This document shows positions 19,677-30,357 of a stretch of DNA of 64,000 bases, in pieces. The position numbers and the translations under genes are program-made. The notes below the pieces were generated by a model. It made no database searches and was not told the DNA's origin. It worked only from the letters and a program-made list of their open reading frames with translations. The DNA lies in contig CAVZSS010000009.1 of the NCBI GenBank assembly GCA_963777965.1, forward strand, positions 29,379 through 93,378, written 5' to 3'. Source of the DNA: an uncultured Chloroflexia bacterium (lineage in GTDB: Bacteria > Chloroflexota > Anaerolineae > Anaerolineales > UBA4823). Numbering within the stretch: the first letter of the stretch is position 1; every line of letters begins with the position of its first letter.

Positions 19677-20702
19677 ATGCAAAACACGATGACAACCTAC
19701 TCTCCCTGGAAGCGTTTCTTCAGCCGCAATAAAGGCATCCTGATTGGTGGATTGGCTGTATTCGCCATTGTCGTATTTTTCTACATACTCGTTCCCATGG
19801 AAACCATTGCCGTATTGAACGCCACCGTGCGCCTCTCCACGCCTTTGGTGCTGGGGGCACTGTGCGGTTTGATGGGCGAGCGCGCCGCAGTCATCAACAT
19901 CGGCATCGAAGGTCAGATGTTGATGTCTGCCTTCATTGCCTACCTTTTCAATGTATGGACCGGCAACCTGCCTCTCTCCATCCTGGCCGGTGTACTCACC
20001 GGCGCCCTCCTGGGGCTCCTGCTGGCTTTTATGGCCGTCACCCTGAAAATTGACCAGATCATCGGCGGCACAGTCATCAACATCCTGGCGGTCGGTCTCA
20101 CAGGCTACTTTTATACGACGGGTCTTACAACGGAAGGCAAGTTGCGTCCCATCATCATCCCGATCCTAAACAAGATACCCCTCGTTGGAAGGGTGCTTTT
20201 TGAAAACCCCCCCATCACATACGCGGCTATCATCCTGGTCTTCGTCGTGCATTATGTGCTGTTTTATACCAAGTGGGGCTTGCGCACCCGTGCCGTCGGC
20301 GAGCACCCGCGTGCTGCCGACACGGTGGGGATTAATGTCTACATGATGCGCTATGTCAACGTGATCCTGGGCGGGTGCCTGGCAGGGCTGGCGGGTGCCT
20401 TCCTCACCCTCGAAGCGGTCGGCTCTTTTGAGCGTGTCATGACCAACGGGCGTGGTTTCATCGCCCTGGCTTGCATGATCTTTGGCAGGTGGACGCCACT
20501 TGGCTCCTGGGGTGCTGCCCTGTTCTTCGCCCTTTTCACAGCTCTTGCCACTCAGATTTCGTTCATGTACGGGAATACGGTGAACATCCCCCACCAGGTG
20601 TGGGGTATTCTACCCTACCTGTTCACCATCCTTGTGCTGGCCGGCATGGGTAAGCGTGTTCGCTCCCCAGCCGCCGATGGCATCCCGTATACAAAGGAAT
20701 AG
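19677..20702 (+). CDS. ABC transporter permease (BMP/nucleoside-type, second subunit)
   Basis: GAGGAG RBS before ATG 19677, INIGIEGQM motif, polytopic. Confidence 0.85.
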   Translation: MQNTMTTYSPWKRFFSRNKGILIGGLAVFAIVVFFYILVPMETIAVLNATVRLSTPLVLGALCGLMGERAAVINIGIEGQMLMSAFIAYLFNVWTGNLPLSILAGVLTGALLGLLLAFMAVTLKIDQIIGGTVINILAVGLTGYFYTTGLTTEGKLRPIIIPILNKIPLVGRVLFENPPITYAAIILVFVVHYVLFYTKWGLRTRAVGEHPRAADTVGINVYMMRYVNVILGGCLAGLAGAFLTLEAVGSFERVMTNGRGFIALACMIFGRWTPLGSWGAALFFALFTALATQISFMYGNTVNIPHQVWGILPYLFTILVLAGMGKRVRSPAADGIPYTKE

Positions 20703-20705
20703 CCT

Positions 20706-22246
20706 ATGAGCAACGATGCGATTGCACTGGAAGTCCGTAACATCACCAAGCGCTTCCCGGGTGTGCTGGCCAATGACCGGGTCAACTTTGACCTGCGCAA
20801 GGGTGAGATCCATGCCCTGCTGGGTGAGAATGGCGCTGGCAAGACCACCCTGATGAACATCATCTACGGGCTCTACACCCCCAATGAAGGTGAGTTTTTC
20901 ATCTCCAACGGCGAAGGGCTTCAACAAGTCCAGATTCACTCCCCGAACGATGCCATTCAGGCTGGCATCGGCATGGTGCACCAGCACTTCATGCTCGTGC
21001 CCGTCTTCACCGTGGCCGAGAACATCATCCTCGGGCAGGAGACCACCCGCGGCCCCTCCCTCGACCTGCGAACCGCCCGTCAGAAGATCACCCAGCTCTC
21101 CGAGGAATATGGCCTGGAGATCGACCCGGATGCCATTGTTGAAGACATTCCCGTCGGCGTGCAGCAGCGCGTGGAGATCGTCAAAGCCCTCTACCGCAAT
21201 GCCAGGATCCTGGTGCTGGACGAGCCGACCGCCGTGCTCACCCCTCAGGAGGTGGAAAGCCTGTTCCGCATCATGCGCCAGCTTACCAGAGCGCGGGGTT
21301 TCCATCGTGTTTATCACCCACAAGCTCAAGGAAGTGCTGGCAGTGGCGGACCGTATCACCACCATGCGCCGTGGACAGGTGGTGGGAACCACCACCCCCG
21401 CCGAGTCGGATGAGCACAAGCTGGCTGCCATGATGGTGGGGCGCGAGGTCATCCTGACGGTTGATAAAGCCCCCGCCAGCCCGGGTGAGGTGGTGATGCA
21501 AGTGAAAGACCTGAACATCGTGGACGAACGCGGTGTTGAAGTTGTACGTAATTTGGGTTTCGAGGTGCGCGCTGGGAGAGATCCTGGGCATTGCCGGCGT
21601 GCAAGGCAATGGTCAGACCGAGCTGGTCGAATCCCTGAGTGGTCTACGGGAGCGCAAATCCGGCCATGTGCTGTTGGATGGTAAAGATATTCCCCAACTT
21701 TCCCCGCGCCTCAACGTGGAAGCCGGGCAAGCCCACATCCCCGAGGATCGCCACAAACATGGGTTGGTGCTGGCGTATTCCATCGCCGATAACGAGGTCC
21801 TGTGTACCTACTACCAGCCGCCCTTTGCGCGTGGGCTTCAGCGCAACCAGAAAGCTGTGATGGAAAATGCCGTCAATCTGATCGAGCGCTTCGATGTTCG
21901 CACCCCCAGCCCCAACCTGCCAGCCAGCAATCTTTCTGGTGGCAACCAGCAGAAGGTTATCGTCGCCCGCGAGCTCAGCCGCCCGATCAAGCTGTTGATC
22001 GCCAACCAGCCCACGCGTGGGCTGGATGTCGGTTCCATCGAGTACATCCACCGCCAGATCGTGGATATGCGCGACCGTGGGATAGCCGTGCTGCTCGTCT
22101 CGGCCGAGCTGGATGAGATTACCTCTCTCTCTGACCGCATCGCAGTGATGTACCACGGGCAAATCGTGGCAACCGTGGATCCGGACAAGATCACGCGTGC
22201 CGAGCTGGGCTTGCTGATGGCAGGCTCAAGCCTACCCACCCCATAA
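20706..22246 (+). pseudogene. tandem-domain ABC transporter ATP-binding protein, two frame breaks
   Basis: Walker A GENGAGKTT in frame 1. ERGVSIVFITHKLKEV...VKDLNIVDERGVEVVRNLGFEVRAG in frame 2. EILGIAGVQGNGQTEL, LSGGNQQK and LLIANQPTRGLD in frame 3. The breaks lie near 21285 and 21575. Confidence 0.8.
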
Positions 22247-22252
22247 AAATCC

Positions 22253-22286
22253 AAGACCCTTCGGACGAATCCGAAGGGTCTTTTTA
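22253..22286 (+). terminator. intrinsic terminator at the end of the BMP operon
   Basis: AGACCCTTCGG / CCGAAGGGTCT stem followed by TTTTT. Confidence 0.8.
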
Positions 22287-22792
22287 TATCATATTATCTC
22301 CATAAGGATAATTCACCCCTGCCCGTATGGTTAGGTTCCCCGTCCTGCTGTTGTAGGGGTAATCGGTGATCGCCCCAGTAAAAGTAGAGACGCCCCGCTG
22401 GGGCGTCTCCATGATGCACATCTTCATTCTCACGTCCCCGCAAAACGGCTCAAAATACGCTTGCGTACGTGAAAGAATTCTGCGAAGCCTTCAATCACCG
22501 TGGTTTTCATTTCTGGTGATGAACCTTCTGGTATCATCATACCGTAGGCATGTCCTCTAAACAGTCTGTTAAAGATTAATAATTTCGACCTTTTTACGCA
22601 TTTTCGCCCATTTTATAGCGTCTTATGGATTTCGCCCGATATCATCTCCCTTGCAGAAAGGATTTTTCCTCTCCCTTTTAGGGAGAGCATGCACGCGTCT
22701 TCAGGTTTTCGCTGGACAGGGTGAGGGTAAATTCCAACCTTAAAATATCTTGCATCGAGTGATTTTCTCGATATCCAATTCCCTTAAACCCC

Positions 22793-22821
22793 TTGTGAAA
22801 TTAGAACATGTGTGCTATAAT
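22793..22821 (+). promoter_or_regulatory. near-consensus extended -10 promoter with no obvious downstream gene
   Basis: TTGTGA (22793-22798), 17-nt spacer, TGc-TATAAT (22813-22821). Confidence 0.45.
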
Positions 22822-23497
22822 CAGTGTGTAATTACTCACCATTCATTCTTGTTTTGATATTCCTTAAGTTATGCCCAGCAATGAGAAAAAAATATACCCC
22901 ACATATCATTGCAGTCTTCCTTGCCAATACACAGGAAAATATGACGGGGTTTCCAAATGAACCATTCTACTTTTTGGTCATTGCGGTCATCCCCGCTGAT
23001 TTTCAGGGATGGAGCGAATTGGGCGACCCTTACCCCGAGCGGAACGAGGGGGAGCAATCTTCCACAGACCTTGCAGGTCAATTGGGATTAGAAAATATAT
23101 TGAGCAATCTTGGAAAAGGAAGATTGCCACGACCAGCAAAGAACGCTGGTCTCGCAATGACAGATTCCTTATTCACTCAAAGAGAAATCCCCAAAGGCGT
23201 GAGTAATTACATAGGCATGCCCCTCGCCTATATAACGAACGTTTCTTGTGAGCTATGTAGGAAAGGGCTGGGGTGAGGTCGCACCTTACCAACTCAATAA
23301 ATTATGGGATCAAATTCGTTCCTCGTCGTTTTTTCGAGGAACCATTCTTCTAAACACCAAAACAAAAAAATTTCTCACCATGCTGATTAACCGCCTCCAT
23401 CTTGAAGCACAACTTTTATTAACTTTATGCTATACCGAGGAGAATATTAATTGAATGGTTTTGTTTTTTTTATGAAACAAATCTCATGCCCCTTCGT

Positions 23498-23911
23498 CTA
23501 CTTCCCCAAGTCTCCTGGTCCGAAGGCACCGGGCAACAATTCCGAGAGCGATGTTTCCTGTTTCAGGCTACCTTCCGCATCGGCAATGAGCACCCTCGTT
23601 TCCAACCCGAACTCGGCCAGCACCTGCCGGCAGGAACCGCAGGGCGTGCCAGCGTTGCCCGTCACCACGGCGATCGCCACAAACTCCCGCTCACCCTCCG
23701 ACACAGCCTTGAAGACCGCCACGCGCTCGGCGCACATACTGGTGGGATAGGCAGCATTCTCCACGTTACAGCCCGTGAAGAACCTTCCGGAAGAGGTTAG
23801 AACAGCTGCCCCCACCCGGTAATTCGAATAAGGAGCATAGGCTCGCTGGCGCGCTTCAATCGCCAGCTGGATCAACTGGGTGCGCAAATCATCGGTCAGC
23901 ATCGTCTTCAT
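23498..23911 (-). CDS. cdd: cytidine deaminase
   Basis: Zinc motifs MCAERVA and PCGSCRQV, 137 aa. Confidence 0.9.
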   Translation of the reverse strand: MKTMLTDDLRTQLIQLAIEARQRAYAPYSNYRVGAAVLTSSGRFFTGCNVENAAYPTSMCAERVAVFKAVSEGEREFVAIAVVTGNAGTPCGSCRQVLAEFGLETRVLIADAEGSLKQETSLSELLPGAFGPGDLGK

Positions 23912-23934
23912 CGTGCCTCACTTCCTGGTCTGCT

Positions 23935-25233
23935 TCAAGCTGCTTTCTTCGCCCTCACCTTGCGGATTCGCCGCCGGGTGACCTGCTCGATGGTCAGGCT
24001 GATGTCGCCCACCTGCAGGCTCTCGCCGCTGACCGGCACACGCCCCACCTGCTCGTAGATAAAGCCACCCAAGGTCTCAGTCTCTTCGGTAGGGCAGTTG
24101 GCTGCCCATCACTTCATTGAAATTCTTAAGGTCTACCCGTCCCAGGAAAATATATTCCCCTTCCCCCACCTGCACGTAGGGTGCTTCCTCGCTCTGGTCA
24201 TATTCATCCTGGATCTCACCCACGATCTCCTCGAAGATGTCCTCCAGGGTGACCAACCCAGCGATGCCGCCATACTCGTCCACCACCATCGCCATGTGCA
24301 CATGCCCAGCCTGCATCTCTTCCAGCAGCTCATCCACTTTCTTGGCTTCCGGCACAAAGGTCGCCGGTCGCAGCAGGCTGCGTAATGAAACAGCCTGGTC
24401 CATCTGAGATTCCGCTGACGCCTGGAGCCCCGCTTGCGCTTGGTTCCCTGACAACTCCTGGTTCCAGACCCGCAGCAGGTCCTTGGCATACAGCAAGCCC
24501 AGGATGTTATCCACCGACTCCTCATACACCGGCACGCGCGAATGACCCAACTTGATGCAGCGCATCCACTGCCTGTGCGAGCGGGGTGGAGACCTCCAGG
24601 GCATTGAGGTAGATGCGCGGCAGCATGATCTCGCGCACCAGGGTATCGCCCAGCTCGAAGATCGAATAGATCATCTGGCGCTCATCCCCTTCCAGCACGC
24701 CGCCCTCATGCCCGGCATCCACCATGCTCTTCAGCTCTTCTTCGGTGACGGTGCTCATCGGACCCTGTGCCTCACCCTTGCGCCGCCCGATTGCCAATGG
24801 CAGGATCAGGAACGGCGAGAGGATCACCGTCAGGATGCGCACGTACGGTGCCAGGCGCATCGACCAGGTTTCAGGGTGCTGAGTGATCACCACTTCCACC
24901 ACCCATTCCAGCCAGAAAACGACCACCACCGCCAGGATCAGGATGCCCAGCTCAAGCAATACGGATGTGGTTGTCCATGCTTGCGGGGCGAATAATGCCA
25001 GCAGCAGGCTGGCACCCAAAAAACGTGTGAAAAGCTGGGTGAGATTACTGGCAGCCTGCCATTCCTGCGGGGCTTGCAGAAGGTTGACGGCCTGGGTGAC
25101 CTTGACCTCCATCTCTTCCTTGAGGGACAAGCAAGCGCGCCAGGCTGGCATTCTGGAGCGCAGCCCTGAAGGCGATGGTGAACAGGTCCAATAAGAGTAA
25201 GACCAGCAAGCCCAGGACAAGGTAAGGGGTCAT
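23935..25233 (-). pseudogene. CNNM/TlyC-family protein (DUF21 + CBS pair + CorC_HlyC), three frame breaks
   Basis: The N-terminus MTPYLVLGLLVLLLLD is in ORF 25045-25233. The DUF21 domain is in ORF 24522-25220 and the CBS region in ORF 24077-24604. The C-terminal tail TEETETLGGFIYEQVGRVPVSGESLQVGDISLTIEQVTRRRIRKV was found by hand in a fourth segment ending at 23935. Confidence 0.75.
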
Positions 25234-26576
25234 TTCTTCAGCTCTTTGATCACCCTGGCAGGCACACCTACCGCCAGTGTATGGGGAGGGATATCTGTGG
25301 TGACCACCGCACCCGCCCCGGTCTTGGCACCCGCCCCCACTTTCACTGGTGCCACCAGCATGGTGTCGGACCCGATGAAGGCACCCTCACCGATCTCGGT
25401 CGGGTATTTATGCTCACCGTCGTAGTTGCAGGTGATGGTGCCGGCACCGATGTTAGCCTTCGCACCCACGGTGGCATCGCCCAGGTAGGAGAAGTGACCC
25501 ATCTTGGCACCCGGTCCAAGGGTGGAGTTCTTGACCTCACCGAAGTTGCCCATGTGCACACCGCGGCACAGGTGGGCTCCCTTGCGCAGGTGGCAGTAGG
25601 GTCCCATCTCCACGTGGTCCTCCAGCAGCGCCCCTTCCAGCACCGAAGCCAGCAGGGTGCAGTCATCACCAACTTTGCTATCCCTGATGATGGTGTCTGG
25701 GCCGATGACGCAGCCTGCGCCAACCTGGGTGCTGCCGTGCAGGTATGTGCCAGGCCATAGGATGGTATCTTGCCCCAGGGTGACCCCGGGCTCGATGTAT
25801 ACACTAGCTGGATCGATCATGCTCACACCCGCCAGCATCCAGGCCTGGTTGATGCGCTGGCGCATCAAGGCTTCCGCCTGTGCCAGGTGCACGCGGGTGT
25901 TGATGCCGATCACCTCGCTCGGGTCTTCCACGTCCAAGGTCTGGATGTCTGCACCCTGCTCCACCGCCATGCCCACCAGGTCGGTCAGGTAGTATTCTCC
26001 CTTGGGAGAGAGCTGGATGCGCTTTAAAGCCTCCCACAGCCAGTCAGCCCGGAAGCAGTACATACCCGGGTTGAGCTCATGGATGTTCAGCTGCTCAGCT
26101 GTGGCCTGGGCTTCCTCGACGATGCCTCTCACCTGACCGTGACCGTCGCGCAGGATGCGCCCAAAACCGCGCGTCTCGCTGGCAGTCACCGTCAGCATGC
26201 TGACCGGACCAGCGTGGGCGCGTGCCTTTTCCACAAGCTTGCCAAGTGTCTGCGCAGTGAGCAGGGGCATATCGGCATAGATGACCAGGACCAGATCACT
26301 CTTTCCAGCCAGCAATGGCTCAGCCTGCATCACCGCATGCCCGGTGCCCAGCTGAGGCTGCTGGAGCACGTACTCGGCCTGGTCACCCAGCACCTGGCGT
26401 ACCTGCTCGGCAGCATGCCCGATCACCATCACCGGTGTGGATTGGGTAACCTGCCGGGCGGCTTCCAGGGCATAGCACGCCATGGGTTTGCCAAGGATCG
26501 GGTGGAGCACCTTGGGCAGGCTGGATTTCATTCGGGTTCCCTGACCGGCAGCAAGGATAACTGCGGATAATCTCAT
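25230..26576 (-). CDS. glmU: bifunctional UDP-N-acetylglucosamine diphosphorylase / glucosamine-1-phosphate N-acetyltransferase
   Basis: MRLSAVILAAGQGTRMKS plus a C-terminal hexapeptide-repeat domain. GGAGGG RBS before ATG 26576. Confidence 0.9.
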   Translation of the reverse strand: MRLSAVILAAGQGTRMKSSLPKVLHPILGKPMACYALEAARQVTQSTPVMVIGHAAEQVRQVLGDQAEYVLQQPQLGTGHAVMQAEPLLAGKSDLVLVIYADMPLLTAQTLGKLVEKARAHAGPVSMLTVTASETRGFGRILRDGHGQVRGIVEEAQATAEQLNIHELNPGMYCFRADWLWEALKRIQLSPKGEYYLTDLVGMAVEQGADIQTLDVEDPSEVIGINTRVHLAQAEALMRQRINQAWMLAGVSMIDPASVYIEPGVTLGQDTILWPGTYLHGSTQVGAGCVIGPDTIIRDSKVGDDCTLLASVLEGALLEDHVEMGPYCHLRKGAHLCRGVHMGNFGEVKNSTLGPGAKMGHFSYLGDATVGAKANIGAGTITCNYDGEHKYPTEIGEGAFIGSDTMLVAPVKVGAGAKTGAGAVVTTDIPPHTLAVGVPARVIKELKK

Positions 26577-26690
26577 CGTCCCTCCAAGAAAGCAAAAACG
26601 CAACGTCGGTGTAGGATGCTGATGGTGACTGAAATCTCGCACCCGAGTGACCTTGCGTTAATCATACCAGATGTCATATGTAGAGACTAG

Positions 26691-26761
26691 CTGGGGCATC
26701 CGGGCTCGAACCAGAATAAACAGATCCAAAGTCTGTCGTGCTGCCATTGCACCATGCCCCA
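26691..26761 (-). tRNA. tRNA-Gln (anticodon UUG), CCA not encoded
   Basis: Hand-folded cloverleaf: acceptor TGGGGCA/TGCCCCA, D stem GTGC/GCAC, anticodon stem ACAGA/TCTGT, loop CTTTGGA, T arm TCTGG-TTCGAGC-CCGGA. Confidence 0.85.
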
Positions 26762-26836
26762 ATTTACACCCTGTTTTCAGGGCGTCTGGTATTTTATCAT
26801 ATTTTTGATGGGTTCCTGGTGGGAGGCAGGAGATCT

Positions 26837-27973
26837 TCACGGAGAGACTGGAGGAGCCTTGTCCTCATCCGGTGCCAGGCCCATATCACGCGCCTGATCG
26901 TAAGAAAGCACACCTTTACTGCGCCCACCTTCCAACTCGCCATTTTCCCCCAGGGTCTCCCAGAATCCATCCGCCTCTGCCTTGCCTCCAGATTTTGGAG
27001 CTTGCGAGAATATGTCTGCAACCCCTGCCAGGGTCTCCGGGTCCACGACGACATCTGCTGGCAGCTCCGCCGGCTCAACTTCAGCAGCTGCAGGCTGGAG
27101 ACTCTCTTCCTCTAGCATCCACTCAAGGATATTGCGAAGATCATGCACTGCCAGGTTGATAGCCCGGTCCAACAGGCCGATTTTGTCTGGCTCGTTGGAT
27201 CCAGCTGTGACCACCAACAGCAGGTTGGATGGATCGATCGGCGCAAGATAAATACGCTGCCTGGCGTCGGTGAAATAATGCAGGCATTCATTCGCACCCT
27301 TCCCCATGGCATCGGACACCCTCTGGCTGGTGCGGAAAGCCTCCATTAACGCAGGCAGCAATGCGGAGCTGGATGTAATCGGCGATGGATTGCCTGCCAC
27401 TTCAACAACCTGCCCGATCTCATTTACCAACAGGACCAATGTGGCTCGCAGCTGCTGTTTCAGGCTCAGCAGGCGCTTATCAAGCTTTGACTCAGGCCTC
27501 TTGGAGGTGTCTGGCTTGATCTCGCTGGCCTTGGTTCCTTCATATTCGCCTGATCTTTCAGACCCACCCATGCGGGCAGCTGGTTGGCCCACGCCTTTCA
27601 GGTCAGCCCATAAGCAATACCTGACCGCATCCAGGAAGGTGGCGATTTCGATGGGCTTGAAAAAGTAGGCAGCCACACCTGCCTCTGAAATCTGTTGGCG
27701 TGTGGCAGCATCTTCAACGCCGGTGACCAGGATGACCTTTGTCTCAGGCTTGTGCTTGCGCAGCCGGTTGACCATCTCCAGTCCCGACATGCCAGGCAGG
27801 CGGAAATCCAACACTACCAGGTCGAGTGGAAGCGATGCACCGATGAACAAGGCTTCTTCCGCAGAAGGCACATCCAACACATCCACCTCCGCACCAAGGG
27901 TCTTGATGCTGGCGGTCACCATGCGCCTGATCTCGTGATTATCATCTACGACTAAAACTCGATGAACAGCCAT
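26837..27973 (-). CDS. response regulator (CheY-like receiver) with a non-DNA-binding C-terminal region, possibly Roadblock/LC7-like
   Basis: VLVVDDNHEIR...LVVLDFRLPGMSGLE...KVILVTG...FFKP receiver domain. The C-terminal 250 aa has no HTH-like segment. Confidence 0.8.
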   Translation of the reverse strand: MAVHRVLVVDDNHEIRRMVTASIKTLGAEVDVLDVPSAEEALFIGASLPLDLVVLDFRLPGMSGLEMVNRLRKHKPETKVILVTGVEDAATRQQISEAGVAAYFFKPIEIATFLDAVRYCLWADLKGVGQPAARMGGSERSGEYEGTKASEIKPDTSKRPESKLDKRLLSLKQQLRATLVLLVNEIGQVVEVAGNPSPITSSSALLPALMEAFRTSQRVSDAMGKGANECLHYFTDARQRIYLAPIDPSNLLLVVTAGSNEPDKIGLLDRAINLAVHDLRNILEWMLEEESLQPAAAEVEPAELPADVVVDPETLAGVADIFSQAPKSGGKAEADGFWETLGENGELEGGRSKGVLSYDQARDMGLAPDEDKAPPVSP

Positions 27974-28142
27974 GTTGGATTCATTCTATCATGATTTTTA
28001 AAACAGAAGCAGCCGATGGGCACTAAACGCAAGCAGGGACACGATATTGAACATCCGAAGGAAGGTTTAATCCCTGAGGATGATCGTGCCCCTACAATGG
28101 GTAAAATCGTATCTCATGAGGTAATTCTATGCTGATAAATGC

Positions 28143-29153
28143 TTACTCCACTCGCCAGCAAGCCACCAGGTGGTCATCGCTGACCTCACGGAAGGGAGGC
28201 TCTTCGATGCCACACACATCCATTGCAACCGGGCAGCGTGGGTGGAAGCGACAACCGCCAGGTGGATTCAATGGGCTGGGCACATCCCCTTGCAGGATGA
28301 TGCGCTCGCGCTTCAGGGTGGGGTCAGGGATGGGGATGGCAGACATCAGCGCCTGAGTGTAGGGGTGCAGTGGGTTGCGGAACAGCTCTTCACGGGTGGT
28401 CATCTCGACCATCTTACCCAGATACATCACCGCCACCCGGTCTGAGATGTGCTCAACCACGCTCAGGTTGTGGGCGATGAACAGGTAGGTCAGTCCAAAC
28501 TCACGTTGCAGCTGCTTAAGGATGTTGAGCACCTGCGACTGGATGGATACATCCAGGGCGGAAACGGGCTCATCGGCAACAATGAACTTCGGGCGCAATG
28601 CCAGGGCGCGGGCGATGCCTATCCGCTGACGCTGGCCACCCGAAAATTCATGGGGGTAGCGGCGGGCGTGGTAGTCTTCCATGCCCACCTTGCGAAGCAT
28701 TTCGATCGTGGTCTCAAAACGCTCACGCGGGGTGCCAACATTGTGAATCTTTAGCCCTTCCGCGATCGACTCGCCGATGGGCATGCGGGGATCCAGGGAA
28801 GCATACGGGTCCTGGAAGATAATCTGCATGTTACGGCGCATGGCTTTAAGTTCTTTGCCCTTTAATTGGGCTACATCCACGTTATCGAAGAGGACCGAAC
28901 CGCTGGTAGGTTCAATCAATCTCAGCAAGGTGCGTCCAACCGTGGTCTTCCCACAGCCGGATTCACCCACCAGACCAAGCGTCTCACCCTCGCGAATATT
29001 AAAACTGATGTTGTCCACAGCCTGCACCCAGGCAACGATTTTTTGTAAAAGGCCGCCTCGCACCGGGAAATATTTTACCAACTGCTTGATCTCAAGCAGG
29101 TTTTTCTTGCCATTGGTATGTACAGCTTGATCAGTCATGATATCTATCTCCAA
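28143..29153 (-). CDS. oligopeptide/dipeptide ABC transporter ATP-binding protein (OppF/DppF-like), set 1
   Basis: [28 protein letters not shown] and a C-terminal CRFHPRCP motif. Confidence 0.9.
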   Translation of the reverse strand: MEIDIMTDQAVHTNGKKNLLEIKQLVKYFPVRGGLLQKIVAWVQAVDNISFNIREGETLGLVGESGCGKTTVGRTLLRLIEPTSGSVLFDNVDVAQLKGKELKAMRRNMQIIFQDPYASLDPRMPIGESIAEGLKIHNVGTPRERFETTIEMLRKVGMEDYHARRYPHEFSGGQRQRIGIARALALRPKFIVADEPVSALDVSIQSQVLNILKQLQREFGLTYLFIAHNLSVVEHISDRVAVMYLGKMVEMTTREELFRNPLHPYTQALMSAIPIPDPTLKRERIILQGDVPSPLNPPGGCRFHPRCPVAMDVCGIEEPPFREVSDDHLVACWRVE

Positions 29154-29163
29154 GTGAGTGGGG

Positions 29164-30189
29164 TCAGGAAGGCTTTAGCGGAGCGGTGTGCCCCTCATAA
29201 TCCTGGTAGAGCCAGCAGCGGCAAAGGTGGTCGGGCTCAATTGGGAGTAACCGCGGTTCCACCTGAGTGCAGATGGTTAATTGGTGCTCTATTCGCAGCC
29301 GGCAGCGCGGTGCAAACTGGCAGCCCGGAGGCAGGTTGACCAGGTTCGGCACCGAGCCGGGGATGACCTCCAGCGTCTCTTTCACCGTGCCCAAGACCGG
29401 GATCGAGGCCATCAAACCCATCGTGTATGGATGCACCGGGTGCGCAAACAGGGTCCTGATATCCGTTTGTTCCACGATACGCCCGGCATACATGACTGCC
29501 ACCCGGTCTGCCATCTCGGAGATCACTCCCAGGTCATGGGTGATCAGGATGACGGCGGTGTTCATGCGTGTGCGCAGGTCACGCATCAGGTCAAGGATTT
29601 GTGCTTGAATGGTCACATCCAGAGCGGTGGTGGGTTCATCTGCGATGAGGAGCTGTGGGTTTAACGCAAGTGCCATGGCAATCATCACACGTTGCGCTTG
29701 CCCACCCGACACCTCGTGAGGATATGAATGGGCTTTGCTTTCAGGGTCGGGGATGCCCACCAGCCGTAACAGCTCCACCGCCTTGTTCCAGGATTCTTCC
29801 TTGCCCATACTCTGGTGAATTTGCAGCACTTCCCCCACCTGGTCGCCAATCTTGAACACCGGGTTAAGGCTGGATTGCGGTTGTTGGAAGATCATGGATA
29901 TACGGTTACCGCGCATGTGCACCATCTCTGATTCGGAAAGCTCCAGCAGGTTGCGACCTTCAAACATGATAGTTCCTTCCACTACTTTACCAGGAACACC
30001 GATTAAGCCCATGATGGAAAGTGACGTTACGCTTTTCCCGCAGCCGGATTCTCCCACCAGCCCCAAGACCTCACCCCGTCCAACGTAAAAATCTACCCCG
30101 TCCACGGCTTTAACCACCCCGTCTTCGGTGTAAAAATATGTTTTAAGATTACGAACCTCAAGCAGGGGTTTCTCAGTCACATTAACCAT
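29164..30189 (-). CDS. oligopeptide/dipeptide ABC transporter ATP-binding protein (OppD/DppD-like), set 1
   Basis: [27 protein letters not shown] and a C-terminal CQFAPRC motif. Confidence 0.9.
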   Translation of the reverse strand: MVNVTEKPLLEVRNLKTYFYTEDGVVKAVDGVDFYVGRGEVLGLVGESGCGKSVTSLSIMGLIGVPGKVVEGTIMFEGRNLLELSESEMVHMRGNRISMIFQQPQSSLNPVFKIGDQVGEVLQIHQSMGKEESWNKAVELLRLVGIPDPESKAHSYPHEVSGGQAQRVMIAMALALNPQLLIADEPTTALDVTIQAQILDLMRDLRTRMNTAVILITHDLGVISEMADRVAVMYAGRIVEQTDIRTLFAHPVHPYTMGLMASIPVLGTVKETLEVIPGSVPNLVNLPPGCQFAPRCRLRIEHQLTICTQVEPRLLPIEPDHLCRCWLYQDYEGHTAPLKPS

Positions 30190-30357
30190 AGGATTGTCTC
30201 CAATACAATAAGCTCACTAACTTGTGAATTTTCTAATGATATTTTTATCTTGCAGCTACATCTGCAGGTATTCCTATTTTAATATGAATTCCTCATTATC
30301 TCGTAATTGGCTTTTAGGATTTCAGATAGGTGATTATATCCTTGAGTGAATGTGTCC

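Noticed and set aside
17476-22162. Long antisense ORFs (17476-18237, 18683-19513, 20610-21518, 21644-22162) opposite the BMP operon genes.
   Set aside because: They overlap strongly supported sense genes, have Gly/Arg/His-rich composition with no motifs, and are typical shadow ORFs of GC-rich coding DNA.
22824-23276. 150-aa ORF inside the gene-free gap.
   Set aside because: It has a GTG start without an RBS and no recognisable domain. It reads through palindromic repeat units (…RLPRPAKNAGLAMTD…), the kind of translation that REP-like elements produce. It is treated as non-coding.
26658-26840. 60-aa ORF upstream of glmU.
   Set aside because: It is completely overlapped by the hand-folded tRNA-Gln gene on the same strand.
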